This document shows, one piece after another, positions 27,423-37,537 of a DNA stretch of 64,000 bases. Position 1 is the first letter of the stretch. Each line of letters starts with the position of its first letter. The stretch is taken from positions 11,208 through 75,207 of the forward strand of contig JBFXAH010000011.1 of the NCBI GenBank assembly GCA_050184475.1, given 5' to 3'. Source of the DNA: Pirellulales bacterium (GTDB taxonomy: Bacteria; Planctomycetota; Planctomycetia; Pirellulales; JAEUIK01). The position numbers and the translations under genes are program-made. The notes beneath the pieces were generated by a model that saw only the letters and a list, made by a program, of their open reading frames with translations, was not told the DNA's origin and did no database searches.

Positions 27423-27845
27423 CTAGCTGGGTGGAACTTCATTGTCGCCCAACACGTCGTCGAGCACTTCCTCGGCGACATAGATTGGCAGCGGCGGATC
27501 GCAGGTGACCGCCACGGCGATGGCGTCGCTGGGGCGGGCGTCGACCTCGATCAATTCGCCTTCGTGCCGCAGCCGCAGCCGCGCGAAGTAAGTGTGATCG
27601 CGCAGCTCGCTGATCACCACGTCCTGAAACTCCGCTCCCAAATGATCGGCCAGGCTGACCAGCAGATCGTGCGTCAGCGGGCGCTGCGAGGCATAGCCCT
27701 TCACGCGGCGGTCGATGCTCGTCGCCTCGAAGATGCCAATCAAGATCGGAAACGTCCGCTGCCCGTCGACCTCCTTGAGATAAATCACTTGCTGATCGTT
27801 GATCTCGCTGATGATGATCCGCGACAACTGCATGGGAACGGGCAT
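27423..27845 (-). CDS. bifunctional nuclease family protein (DUF151/BFN)
   Basis: 140 aa. FPILIGIFEATSIDRRVKG...RPLTHDL...DARPSDAIAVAV matches the BFN domain pattern. Confidence 0.85.
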   Translation of the reverse strand: MPVPMQLSRIIISEINDQQVIYLKEVDGQRTFPILIGIFEATSIDRRVKGYASQRPLTHDLLVSLADHLGAEFQDVVISELRDHTYFARLRLRHEGELIEVDARPSDAIAVAVTCDPPLPIYVAEEVLDDVLGDNEVPPS

Positions 27846-28012
27846 ACATCGCTACCTTAATAATGCTGTCGCTGGGAAGCTCGAGTTGCAGCCGCAGTTT
27901 CGCGGGCACGCAGGCGGTCGCCAGCGGCCCCTCGAACATCGATTATAGAATCCCCCGCGACACCGCGACTAGGATCGCGCGCGAAAACGCGCGGGGTAGA
28001 AAAAGTTGCCCG

Positions 28013-29494
28013 CTACCCGCCCGCGTCACTCGACTCGCCGCGCTCGAGCTGGGTGAGAAATGCCGGATCGGCGACCGCCTCGCGCGCGGCGGCGGCTTGT
28101 TCGCGGCGCCGGCGGTCCGCGCGATTCATGCCCCAGATTGCCAGCACCGCGCCCCCCAGAATGACCACCAAGAGCACGCTGAACACCCACGTATACGACT
28201 GCACGGGGGGTTGCTCGATCCACTCGGCGCCCGACGCCAAGAACAACGGGGCATACTGCAAGTGATCGTGTCCGGCCTCGTCGGCCAGCTCGCTTTGAAA
28301 CCCCCACAACTTAAAGAAGAAAGCCGGCACGCGGACCATTTCCGAAATGCGATCGCCGGTCGGCATCCCCCGCGGCAACTCCAACAGATTGCAAGTGACG
28401 ACCAGCGGGCCGGTGTCGTCGTTGTCCGCGGGGGGCGCACCCTCGCCGCGTTTGGCCGGCTCGTAGCGGACGCGCACATCGCGGAAGATCATATCGACTT
28501 CAAAATAGTGATCGACCTCCCAGCGGCGGCGCACGTCGGGATCGGTGACTTCGACACGAATCGCGCGGCGCGCCACCCCTTCCAAGAAGACCAGCTTGCC
28601 CATCTCGTCGGCCGGCTTCTGCAGTAACCGCCGGGCGACGTCCCCGCCCGAAGTCGGCGTCAGCCGCTCGGTCGCCAAGTCGTAGAGTTGTTGGGTGTCG
28701 GCCGACTGCAGGCAATCGAGCATTTCATAAAAGCAAGTTCGGTCCTCGCTTGTCAGCGGACGCTTTTGCCGGACCGTATCGAATAAGCCATAGTCCATCC
28801 CCAGGTCACCCAGCGGCGAATCGGGGTACCAGGCCAAGCGCGTGGCCACCACGACGGGAGTCGGCGTCTCGCCTGCGTCGCCAGCCAGCTTGGCCAAGAA
28901 ACCCGTCGCGCCGACTCGTTGATCGGCCGGCGCCGCCGTCTGCCAGGCTTGGGGAACCACGTCGACGTAGACAATCGCCGGCTGACCGTCGGCAAGTTGC
29001 ACTTCGCAGCGGTAATACTGCGGCATCTCCAGGCGGTCGATCAGTTCCGGGGGAGGCGTTTCGGTCGCGACCGACCGCAGCCGACCTGCGACTTCGACCC
29101 GGCTCCCCTTGGGGGGCAAGTTCGCCACGTCGAGCGGCCGCGCCGCTGGCAACGCACCTCGCAATTCGAGCAGCGGCACCCGCCGCACGGCATACAGCAA
29201 CCGCAGCAGCGCCTCGCTTTCGTCGGGCTGAACGGGTCGCCCATCCATCAAAGCGCGGAAGTAACTCTCGTCGACTCCCAGCAACTCCAGCAGTTCGCGC
29301 AACTCCAGCGCGCGCTCGGCGACCGATGGCGCCGGACCCTGCGCAGACGCTTCGCCCGCTGGTTCGTCTTGCTGGGCCTGGGCCGTGGGAAGTCCGACCA
29401 ACAAGCCGCCAAACAGCGCCAGGCAAAGCACGACGCCGCGCTGACGCCCTTGCGTCGCCAGCCGGCCGCCATGGCAGCAAGATTCAATTAACAT
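28013..29494 (-). CDS. hypothetical membrane-anchored protein, two copies of an uncharacterised beta-rich module, C-terminal TM helix
   Basis: Start chosen at MLIESCC...VVLCLALFGGLLVGLPTAQAQ (signal/anchor), overlapping the upstream gene by 11 nt. C-terminal TM VFSVLLVVILGGAVLAIW. It shares a module with the 29484-30836 product. Confidence 0.6.
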   Translation of the reverse strand: MLIESCCHGGRLATQGRQRGVVLCLALFGGLLVGLPTAQAQQDEPAGEASAQGPAPSVAERALELRELLELLGVDESYFRALMDGRPVQPDESEALLRLLYAVRRVPLLELRGALPAARPLDVANLPPKGSRVEVAGRLRSVATETPPPELIDRLEMPQYYRCEVQLADGQPAIVYVDVVPQAWQTAAPADQRVGATGFLAKLAGDAGETPTPVVVATRLAWYPDSPLGDLGMDYGLFDTVRQKRPLTSEDRTCFYEMLDCLQSADTQQLYDLATERLTPTSGGDVARRLLQKPADEMGKLVFLEGVARRAIRVEVTDPDVRRRWEVDHYFEVDMIFRDVRVRYEPAKRGEGAPPADNDDTGPLVVTCNLLELPRGMPTGDRISEMVRVPAFFFKLWGFQSELADEAGHDHLQYAPLFLASGAEWIEQPPVQSYTWVFSVLLVVILGGAVLAIWGMNRADRRRREQAAAAREAVADPAFLTQLERGESSDAGG

Positions 29495-30836
29495 CAGGCC
29501 AACCCTGCGCGTCGGTCGACGTGGTTCGCTCGGCGTCTGCCGGCGAAAGTTCGGATGCCTCGTCTGCGGAAACTTCGACTTCGGGGGGCGGCCCGATTTC
29601 GATCTTGCCGTATTGCTCGGCCAGCAACAGCTCTTCATACTTCGTGCCGCGGCGCCCCCAGGTCCACAACACGGCCACGAACAGCAGGCTGGCGGCGATC
29701 GTGGCGCCGATCAGCCAATAGGGAATCGGCTTGGCGACCATCTTGGTGTCGCCGGCCAACGGGTTCGGCTGCCAATCGACCGTGGCGGCCAGAACCAGCG
29801 GCGCCAAGCGAATCGTATCGCCGGCCTGATAAACCCAGCGTTTGAAGAAAATGCCGGTCAGCCGTACCGGCACGTTGATCTTGGCGCCCACCGGAAACTC
29901 GGGGGGCAATGTCAGGCAATAGATCACAATCGGCGAGGCGGGATTGTCCTCGGGCTGCAGCGAGAGCTGATAGTAGCTTTTGATCCCCTGGCGGTTGGCC
30001 GGGGCATCTTTCTCAATCGCTTGACGAACTGTGCCGACCAGATCGATGACGCGGCCGCGGTAAGCGCTCGGCTGGCGAAACAACTGCGCGAACGTCACCT
30101 GGCCGCTACTTTCGCGCGCCAGCTCGGCCGGCGAGCCGTCGCGCAGGCGTGCCAACAGGCGATACCAAATTTCGCTATCCTCGGGACGAAAGTAGGTGTC
30201 GTCCTGCACCTTCGACAGCAGCGTGGCGTCGTCCAGTTTTGCCGCCGGATCTTCCGCTGCCGGACGATCGGTCGGCGGTGTCGTCGGCGCTGCCTCGGAT
30301 TCAGCAGGGGGCGTGTCGGCCGGCGGACCATTATCCAGCGGCACATCAGGCGTAACGTCGGCTGGGCCGTCGTTATCTAGGGGAACGTCCGGCGGACTCT
30401 CCGTCGCCGAGCCTTCGGCCGGTGGGTCGTTATCCACCGGCACATCAGGCGCGTCGTCTGGCGGCGGATCGTTATCCACCGGTACGTAGGGCGCGTCGTC
30501 GGCTGGCGCATCTGCCGGCGACTCGGAGCCTTGCTGTTGGGCGGCAACCGCGGCGATACTCTCGCCGGGCCCGCGACCTGCTAGCGGCGCGGCCATGCTG
30601 ATCGTCGGTTCCTGCGGCGGGTGGATCGCGCTCCAGCGGGTGTCGATATCATCAGCCGGCGAGGCCCCCGTTAGCCGGCTGGCACCTTGCATGAGCCCGT
30701 TCCAGCGCTCGGGGTGGCCCGCCTCGCGCAGCAGCAACAGCGCCAGCCCCGAGGCCATGACCAGCATCCACAGCGACCGCTGGCTGCGGCGGTTGAGGTA
30801 CTTGGGGCGTGTCGCAGGCCGCCGGAAATCGAGCAC
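29484..30836 (-). CDS. hypothetical membrane protein with an acidic/proline tandem repeat and one copy of the same uncharacterised module
   Basis: N-terminal TM SLWMLVMASGLALLLL. Four repeats of the type D(D/V)(A/T)P(D/Y)VP(V/L)DN(D/G)(P/G)P. Module SYYQLSLQPEDNPASPIVIYCL...VRLTGIFFKRWVY...APLVLAATVDW. C-terminal TM YWLIGATIAASLLFVAVLW. Confidence 0.6.
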   Translation of the reverse strand: MLDFRRPATRPKYLNRRSQRSLWMLVMASGLALLLLREAGHPERWNGLMQGASRLTGASPADDIDTRWSAIHPPQEPTISMAAPLAGRGPGESIAAVAAQQQGSESPADAPADDAPYVPVDNDPPPDDAPDVPVDNDPPAEGSATESPPDVPLDNDGPADVTPDVPLDNGPPADTPPAESEAAPTTPPTDRPAAEDPAAKLDDATLLSKVQDDTYFRPEDSEIWYRLLARLRDGSPAELARESSGQVTFAQLFRQPSAYRGRVIDLVGTVRQAIEKDAPANRQGIKSYYQLSLQPEDNPASPIVIYCLTLPPEFPVGAKINVPVRLTGIFFKRWVYQAGDTIRLAPLVLAATVDWQPNPLAGDTKMVAKPIPYWLIGATIAASLLFVAVLWTWGRRGTKYEELLLAEQYGKIEIGPPPEVEVSADEASELSPADAERTTSTDAQGWPDVN

Positions 30837-31006
30837 GGGGCTGGCCCTCGAAAGCGATTTGAAACTACCGCCAAACGCGGTGCATACTACGATTCTACCG
30901 CCTTGGATCGGCAGGTGGCGAACGTTTGTCGGGTTGACCTGTTGAGGAGGCCGGCAAAAAGCGCCCCGCCGGGAATAAATTCGCCACTCGGGGGCGATTC
31001 CCAGAT

Positions 31007-31033
31007 GGAACCGAGCGTCGAATTCTTATCCAA
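31007..31033 (+). promoter_or_regulatory. candidate ECF-type promoter (GGAAC-N17-TCCAA) upstream of the ECF sigma gene
   Basis: GGAAC at 31007-31011, a 17-nt spacer, then TCCAA at 31029-31033. It lies ~200 nt upstream of the GTG start at 31230 in a lower-GC intergenic region. This is pattern resemblance to RpoE-like promoters only. Confidence 0.3.
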
Positions 31034-31229
31034 TAGCAGTGTTACATCGCGATCGTATTTGACCTGCCCGGGGCAGTTTCGCGAGGGCCGGTCGATGGGG
31101 CTTCAACTGTCGATTTTTCGAATTCGACTATTTTGGGCGCTAGCTGGCGTTCGACGAGCGTTCACAACCGTCGTCGGGTGCGAGATCCGTGTCGGGTCTC
31201 CGCGACGGAGATAGAGAGGCGCGTTTGCC

Positions 31230-31778
31230 GTGGCACTGTCGCTGACCGATTTTGATCGGCTCGTCGCGGATCACGCCGCGCCCCTGTACCGCATGGCGTA
31301 TCGCTTGCTCGGCGATCGCTTCGAGGCCGAAGACGCCGTGCAAGATGCCTTCCGCTCGGCCTGGAACAGCCGCGAGCGCTTCGACCCGCAGCGCGGCGAG
31401 CGCGTCTGGCTGGCGACGATCTTGCGCCGCCGCGTGGCCGACCGCTGGCGCCGCCGCCGCTTGCCGAGCGTGACGGCGGGCGATCGGCTGCTCGACGTCG
31501 AAGGGCCCACGGTCAATCCAACCGATCAAGAATACACCGACGAAACGCAACAGGCGCTCGATCGCCTGCCCAGCGAACTACGCGAGACTTTGCTCCTGGT
31601 CGTCGTCGGCGAACTGACACACCAGGAAACCGCCCACTTGTTGGATATTCCGCTCGGCACCGTGCTGTCGCGCGTCGCCCGCGCCCGCAAGCGGTTGCGC
31701 GAGTACCTCCGCGCCACGCCGGCCGACGCCGAAGAACAACCGCGGTTGCGGGTCCGCCGCGACGCAGGCAGCGCCTAG
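31230..31778 (+). CDS. ECF-subfamily RNA polymerase sigma-70 factor
   Basis: Region 2 (PLYRMAYRLLGDRFEAEDAVQDAFRSAW) and region 4 HTH (LTHQETAHLLDIPLGTVLSRVARARKRL). Confidence 0.9.
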   Translation: MALSLTDFDRLVADHAAPLYRMAYRLLGDRFEAEDAVQDAFRSAWNSRERFDPQRGERVWLATILRRRVADRWRRRRLPSVTAGDRLLDVEGPTVNPTDQEYTDETQQALDRLPSELRETLLLVVVGELTHQETAHLLDIPLGTVLSRVARARKRLREYLRATPADAEEQPRLRVRRDAGSA

Positions 31779-31815
31779 ACGACGCTCGCCACCAACGACA
31801 AACAAAACGTCCGCA

Positions 31816-34125
31816 ATGACAGAACCCAACGAACAATTCGACGCCGAACTCGACGCGCAACTGCGTGACGTTCCGCTCCCCGACCGGTTGCTGGCGTCGC
31901 TCTCCCAGTTGTCGCGCGAGGCCAGCCGCGCGCACAGCGCCGCCGAGGCCGGCCAACCCGTCGACGACCAGCATGTCGAAGAGCGGTTGCGCGAGGTACC
32001 CGTCCCGCCGCGCGTGCCGAAGCGCCTGCGGCACATTCCGCGGTCGCCCGGCGAGTTGTTGCGGGCCGAGCGGCTCCCCGACGAACTGCCCTTCGAGACC
32101 GAGGTCGACCGCTGTCTGCGGGCAGTGACGGTTCCAGCGCATTTAGAGGCGCGACTGGGCCGCATACCTTTGGAGGCTGCCCGCTCGCGTCGCCGCTTTT
32201 GGCAAGCCGCCGTGGCAGCACTGTTGCTGCTGTCGGTTGGTTGGGCCGTCTCGCGACCGGTCTGGCAGATCGCGCAACCCGAGGTCGACAATCCGCCGTC
32301 CGAGCCAGATTCGATCCAGTTCAGCGAAGCGATTCGACCGGATGGTTTCGAGCCGCCGGCCGCCGACGCCTTGGTGACGATCGAGCAACCAGGCGACGCG
32401 CGCCCCGTGCAGAAGTTCGATCCGCTGGGCGCGCCCGAGTTGAAAATTCCGCTGCCGGTGACCGCGGCCGACGAACCCGCGGCCGGCGATGCCTCGGCCG
32501 TGGCGACCGCCGACGAAGGGGCGCCCGCCGATGTTGCCGCCCCCTCCACGTCGGGCGATCCATTGCTGGCGGCCGACGATCCGGCGGGGCGCGCGGCGCT
32601 GGTCAGCGACGTGGCCGACACGCCATGGGGCGTGTTCGCGGCCAACGCGGCCTTCGATGAGCTACCCGACCTGCACAAGGCGCGCGGCCTGGCGCCGCAC
32701 GGCTTCGAGCCGCCGGTGGACAACGCCTGGGATACGTTCTTTGTTCGTCAGTATGGCGTTCATCCGTTGGTGGCCGCCGACGCCGTGCCCGAGATCACAC
32801 CCCCGCTTTCGCGCGCCGTGGCCAGCTACGAGATCTGGAGTCAGTATCTCGACGCCGGCGAGCTGCCCCCGGCCGACGCGGTGCGTACCGAAGAGTTTCT
32901 GGCGGGCGTCGACTACAACTTTGCTCCGCCGACAGGCGCCGCGGTCGGCATTCGCACGGCGTTGGGCCCCTGCCCGTGGGGCGGGCCGGGTCGCTACCTG
33001 CTGCTCGTCGGTTTGCAGGCCGCCGATCTGCCGCGCCCCGAGGGGGCCGCGACCAGCCTGACGATCGCCATCGACGTCTCGGCCAGCATGCAGCGCAGCG
33101 GGCGTCTCGACGTTGCCAAGCGCGCCATCGCGCGGCTGTTGGACGATCTCGGCCCGCACGACCGCCTGTCGCTGGTGACCTTCGGCAGTCGGGCCCGGGT
33201 GGTGATCGAAGAAGCGGGGATTGAAGACCGCGCAGCGCTGCTCGAGGCCCTGGCCGCGCTGGAGCCCGAGAGTTCGACGAATCTCGGCGCCGGTCTGCAA
33301 CTGGCTTATGCCGTGGCCGAGTCGGCGCCGGCGGCCGGTCCTGGTCAAAAACAGCAACTTCGTCGTCGCGTGGCGTTGGTGACCGACGGACTCACCGAAC
33401 TCGACCCCTTGACGGCGCGGCAGATTGAGACCGGGCTGACGAAAGCCCACGCGCATGGGATCGATCTGGCGGTGATCGACACCAGCGGCGTGCCGCAAGG
33501 CGAAGCCGCGCTGAAGATGGTGGCCGCCTGGGCCGATCGCCCGTTGCGGCAAGCGTCGTCGGCGATCGAACTGGGGCGCGCTTTGCGCGAGACGCTCTGG
33601 GATCAATCGCAGATCGTGGCCCGCGGCGCGCGGCTGACCGTGCGCTTCGATCCCACGACGGTCGAACACTATCGCCTGGTCGGTCACGAGGCGACCGACG
33701 TCGCCGGGCTGCTACCGGCCAGCGCCGCGACCGACCTGTACGTTCGCGACGCCGTGGTCGTGCTGTTCGAGCTGCAACTAGTGCCGGAAGGTGTCGCCAG
33801 CGAGTTGGCCCACGCCCGCGTCGCCTGGCAGAACCCAGCCGACGGCAACCAGGACGAGGTGGACCAGCCGATCAGTCGACGGCAGATCGCGGCGACCTTC
33901 CGCGAAGAACCGCTGGCGTTGCAAGCGGCCACCGTGGCGGCGTTGGCCGGCGAGTTGTTGCGCAACTCGATCTACGTGCAGCAGAGCGGTTGGTCGCAAG
34001 CCCGCGAATTGGCCACCGAAGTGCACAGCCAGTTGGCGGCGCAGCCCGATTTTGCCCGACTGGCCCGGCAGATCGAGCGCACCGCCGAACAGCGGGGCGT
34101 GAGGACCCGGCCCCGCGGACGCTAG
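31816..34125 (+). CDS. membrane protein with an anti-sigma-like N-terminus, single TM and an extracytoplasmic von Willebrand factor A domain (YfbK-like)
   Basis: It lies directly downstream of the ECF sigma gene. TM FWQAAVAALLLLSVGWAV. MIDAS motif in LTIAIDVSASMQRSGRLDVAK. The C-terminal region resembles the DUF3520-type extension of YfbK-like proteins. Confidence 0.75.
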   Translation: MTEPNEQFDAELDAQLRDVPLPDRLLASLSQLSREASRAHSAAEAGQPVDDQHVEERLREVPVPPRVPKRLRHIPRSPGELLRAERLPDELPFETEVDRCLRAVTVPAHLEARLGRIPLEAARSRRRFWQAAVAALLLLSVGWAVSRPVWQIAQPEVDNPPSEPDSIQFSEAIRPDGFEPPAADALVTIEQPGDARPVQKFDPLGAPELKIPLPVTAADEPAAGDASAVATADEGAPADVAAPSTSGDPLLAADDPAGRAALVSDVADTPWGVFAANAAFDELPDLHKARGLAPHGFEPPVDNAWDTFFVRQYGVHPLVAADAVPEITPPLSRAVASYEIWSQYLDAGELPPADAVRTEEFLAGVDYNFAPPTGAAVGIRTALGPCPWGGPGRYLLLVGLQAADLPRPEGAATSLTIAIDVSASMQRSGRLDVAKRAIARLLDDLGPHDRLSLVTFGSRARVVIEEAGIEDRAALLEALAALEPESSTNLGAGLQLAYAVAESAPAAGPGQKQQLRRRVALVTDGLTELDPLTARQIETGLTKAHAHGIDLAVIDTSGVPQGEAALKMVAAWADRPLRQASSAIELGRALRETLWDQSQIVARGARLTVRFDPTTVEHYRLVGHEATDVAGLLPASAATDLYVRDAVVVLFELQLVPEGVASELAHARVAWQNPADGNQDEVDQPISRRQIAATFREEPLALQAATVAALAGELLRNSIYVQQSGWSQARELATEVHSQLAAQPDFARLARQIERTAEQRGVRTRPRGR

Positions 34126-34382
34126 CGCACGGTCGCGGGCATCCTGGCGCCTAAGATTCGCTCGAGCGCCGCTGGGGCGATAACTTCCCAGGCGCCGGCA
34201 AACAATCGTGAGGAAGAAAACGATTCTGCGGATGAGTCGCGTTAATGCTTGCCGGTTTTCATCAAATCGTGCGGACCGGCGCCACCGGAGTCGCGGCGCG
34301 GTGCATGGTAACGCTTGAAGCCAGGTGGTCGGCCTTATAACGTGGAAGCGTGGTGGACTGTACTTCTTCAAGGACGGCATTC

Positions 34383-37300
34383 ATGACAGCATGCATCCAG
34401 CAGAAGATGTTGGGCTGGAGCTGCGCGCTGGTGGTGCTCGCTGGTGCCTGGTCGACTGGTCGCGGAGCCGAACCCTTCACGGAATTCCTGGACGGGCTGC
34501 GGCGACGCGAGATGTTCGACATGGCGACCGCCTACCTCGAACAAATGCAGTCGAGCTCGCTGGTCACCGACGAGCAAAAGCAGACTATTCCCTACGAGCT
34601 CGGTCGCACGGTCCTCGACGAAGCGCGGGCCACGCGCGACACCCAACTGCGACTCAAGCGTCTCGACGAAGCGCGCGGGTACTTCGAGCAATTCCTCAAG
34701 GCCCATCCGCAGCACAGCGCCGCGGCCGACGCCGCCACGCAGTTGGGCGGGCTGTTGGTCGAGCGCGGCAAGACGTTGCTGGAAATCGCCAATCGGCCGA
34801 ATCAAGCGGCGCAGAAGGACGAGCTCACCAAGCAGGCCCGCGATCTTTTCGCCGAAGCGACCAAGGTGTTCAACGACGCCGAAGCCCGCTTCGAGGAGGC
34901 GCTCACCAAGTTTCCCAAGGTCATCGATCCGAAAGACCGCCGCGCGCTCGAAGCCCGCAACGTGGCCCGGGCCGACGTCATGCGGGCCAGGCTCTGGTCG
35001 GGGATGGTGCTCTACGAGTCGTCGAAGGCCTATCCACCCGACTCGGCCGACGCCAAGCGGCTGTTGACCGAATCGGCCGCCAAGTTCGAGGACATGTACA
35101 AGAAGAACGGCCAGTATCTGCCGGGCTTGTACGCCCGACTCTGGCAGGCCCGTTCGCTGCTGGAGCTCGACGAGACGTCGAAGTCGCTGTTGTACCTGGG
35201 CGAGTTGATGGTCAAGCCCAACACCAGCGAAGAGCTGCGGGCGTTGCGCCGCAAGACGGTCCACCTCTCGATGCAGGGCTACCTGCACGAGAAGGAAAAG
35301 AAATACGACAAGGCGATCGAAGAAGGGGACAAGTGGCTCCAGGAGGCCCGCGGCACCGAGGATCGCACGGCCGAGGGGTTGGCGATCCGCTGGTACTTGG
35401 CACAAGCCCACTTGTTGCTCGGTCGCTCGTTGCCCGATGGTGACCGCGGCAAGAGCAAAGAGCTCAGCGCGGCGGCGAGCGAAGCGGCCCAGGTGGCGAA
35501 GTATCCCGGCGAATTCCAGAAGGATGCACGGGCCCTGGTCGCCGAGCTGCGCGACCTGGATGGTGCCGCTCCCGAGGCCCAAACGTTCGCCGAAGCGCGC
35601 ACCGCCGGTCGCGAAGCGCTCGACGAAATCTCGGCGCTCGACTCGCAGATCCGCACGGCCCAAGCCACGCACAAGGACGAAGACAAGATCCCCGCCTGGC
35701 AGGAGCAGCGCACCGCCGCGCTCCAGCGGGCGCTCGAGCAGTTTCTGCTGGCGATCCGGCTTCGCGACTCGGAGACGACAATCGATCAGGTGAACGAAGT
35801 CCGCTACTTCCTCACTTACATCTACTACTTGCAAGAACGCAATTACGACGGCGCGGTGATGGGCGAGTTCCTGGCCCAGCGCTACCCGCAGCATGCGTCG
35901 GCCAAATCGGCGGCCAAGATCGCTTTGGCTTGCTGGGTGAAGGCCTACAACGCGCTGCCGCCTGAGAAGCGCCAGTTCGAGGTCGCCCGCATGCTCGGCG
36001 TGGCCAACCTCCTCGACCAGAACTTCCCCAAGTCGGCTGAAGCCAACGATGCCTGGATGATTCTGGGCGATGTGGCCATGCGCGACGGCGACCTGGCCAA
36101 GGCCGCGGAGAACTTCGCGCATATTCCCGAGGACGCGCCGGGCCGGCCCGAGGCCGATCTCAAGCAAGGGCAGGCCACCTGGCAGCAGTACCTGATGGCC
36201 AGCAAGCTCCCCGACGACGAGCGCCCGCCGGCCGACAAGCTCGATGCGCTGGCCAACGACGCCCGCGCGCTGTTGGAGCGCGGTCGCGCGACGATGCGCA
36301 AATCGGTCGAAAGCGGCGGCGAGTTGACCTTTTCGTTGCTGGCCAGCGAGCTTTACCTGGCACAGCTCTACAACGGCGTCGGACAGTACGAGAAGGCGGC
36401 CGAGGTGTTGGAGCTGCCCGGCACCGGGCCCGTGGCCCTGGCCGAAGCCAAAAATCCGTTGGCCGAGCGGGGTAATTTCGCCGCCGAAGCCTGGAAGGCG
36501 TCGCTCCGCGCGAACGTCGGCCTGCAACGGCTCGAGGCCGCTGAAAAGGCGATGACCGCGCTCGAGCAGCAGTTCGCCGGTTCGGCCGATGGCGAGGCGG
36601 CCCTCACGCGGCTGTACGTTTCGCTCGGCCTGGAGCTCGAAGAACAAGTCGCGCGGCTACAAACGCAAGGCAAAAAGGACGAGCTGGCCGGCGTGCTCGA
36701 TGGCTTCCGGCAGTTTCTCGATCGCATTCTCGCCCGCGAACAAGGGCTGACCTACAACGCCCTGAACTGGGTGGCCGAGACCTACTTCCGCATGGGGCAA
36801 GGGCTGGGCGTCGGCCCCGACGGCAATCCCACGCCGCAGGCCATGGCCTACTTCCAGCAAGGGACCGTCGCCTACCAGAAACTGCTGGAGATGGTCAGCA
36901 AAGACCCGGCCATGGAGGGCAACATCAACGGCGTGCGGGTCCGGCTCGTGCGCTGTCAGCGGGCGCAAGGGGATTTCGCCGGGGCCATGACACAGCTCCG
37001 CACGATCCTGCACGAGAACCCCAACATTCTCGACGCCCAAACCGAGGCCGCCTACACCTTGCAGATGTGGGGAGCGAAAGACCCCATGAATTACGTCCGC
37101 GCCTGCAACGGCCTGAAGGTCGACCCCAACAAGCCCGACCAGGGGGAAGTCTGGGGTTGGCTCGGTCTGGGACGGCGCATTCAGCGGATCGAGAAGTACC
37201 GCCAGTTGTTCGACGAATCGCGCTACAACGTCGCCGAGTGCAGTTATCGCCTGGCCCTGACCAAGCAAGGCCAGGACCGCACCGACGGGCTGGCCAAGGT

Positions 37301-37493
37301 CGAGCGGATGATCGACACCATCGCCCAGGGCGATCCCCAGCTCGGCGGCGAAGAATTGCGACCCAAGTACGACCGGCTACTCAAGCAAGTGCAAAAGGCG
37401 ACCGGCAAGAAGGCCGACGGCTTGTCGGCGCTGGGCTTGAATGTCGAGTCGGCCAGCGCCGCCGGCGGCGCGGCGCGCACCCAACCACGCTAG
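34383..37493 (+). CDS. large secreted tetratricopeptide-repeat protein
   Basis: About 1036 aa of helical-repeat sequence with many A/L/Y-rich 34-aa-like units. N-terminal hydrophobic signal WSCALVVLAGAWS. The start is uncertain (ATG 34383 or ATG 34407). Confidence 0.75.
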   Translation: MTACIQQKMLGWSCALVVLAGAWSTGRGAEPFTEFLDGLRRREMFDMATAYLEQMQSSSLVTDEQKQTIPYELGRTVLDEARATRDTQLRLKRLDEARGYFEQFLKAHPQHSAAADAATQLGGLLVERGKTLLEIANRPNQAAQKDELTKQARDLFAEATKVFNDAEARFEEALTKFPKVIDPKDRRALEARNVARADVMRARLWSGMVLYESSKAYPPDSADAKRLLTESAAKFEDMYKKNGQYLPGLYARLWQARSLLELDETSKSLLYLGELMVKPNTSEELRALRRKTVHLSMQGYLHEKEKKYDKAIEEGDKWLQEARGTEDRTAEGLAIRWYLAQAHLLLGRSLPDGDRGKSKELSAAASEAAQVAKYPGEFQKDARALVAELRDLDGAAPEAQTFAEARTAGREALDEISALDSQIRTAQATHKDEDKIPAWQEQRTAALQRALEQFLLAIRLRDSETTIDQVNEVRYFLTYIYYLQERNYDGAVMGEFLAQRYPQHASAKSAAKIALACWVKAYNALPPEKRQFEVARMLGVANLLDQNFPKSAEANDAWMILGDVAMRDGDLAKAAENFAHIPEDAPGRPEADLKQGQATWQQYLMASKLPDDERPPADKLDALANDARALLERGRATMRKSVESGGELTFSLLASELYLAQLYNGVGQYEKAAEVLELPGTGPVALAEAKNPLAERGNFAAEAWKASLRANVGLQRLEAAEKAMTALEQQFAGSADGEAALTRLYVSLGLELEEQVARLQTQGKKDELAGVLDGFRQFLDRILAREQGLTYNALNWVAETYFRMGQGLGVGPDGNPTPQAMAYFQQGTVAYQKLLEMVSKDPAMEGNINGVRVRLVRCQRAQGDFAGAMTQLRTILHENPNILDAQTEAAYTLQMWGAKDPMNYVRACNGLKVDPNKPDQGEVWGWLGLGRRIQRIEKYRQLFDESRYNVAECSYRLALTKQGQDRTDGLAKVERMIDTIAQGDPQLGGEELRPKYDRLLKQVQKATGKKADGLSALGLNVESASAAGGAARTQPR

Positions 37494-37537
37494 CCCGCAG
37501 ATCCCAGTCCCTAACCTCGAGCCACGAACAACTACTC

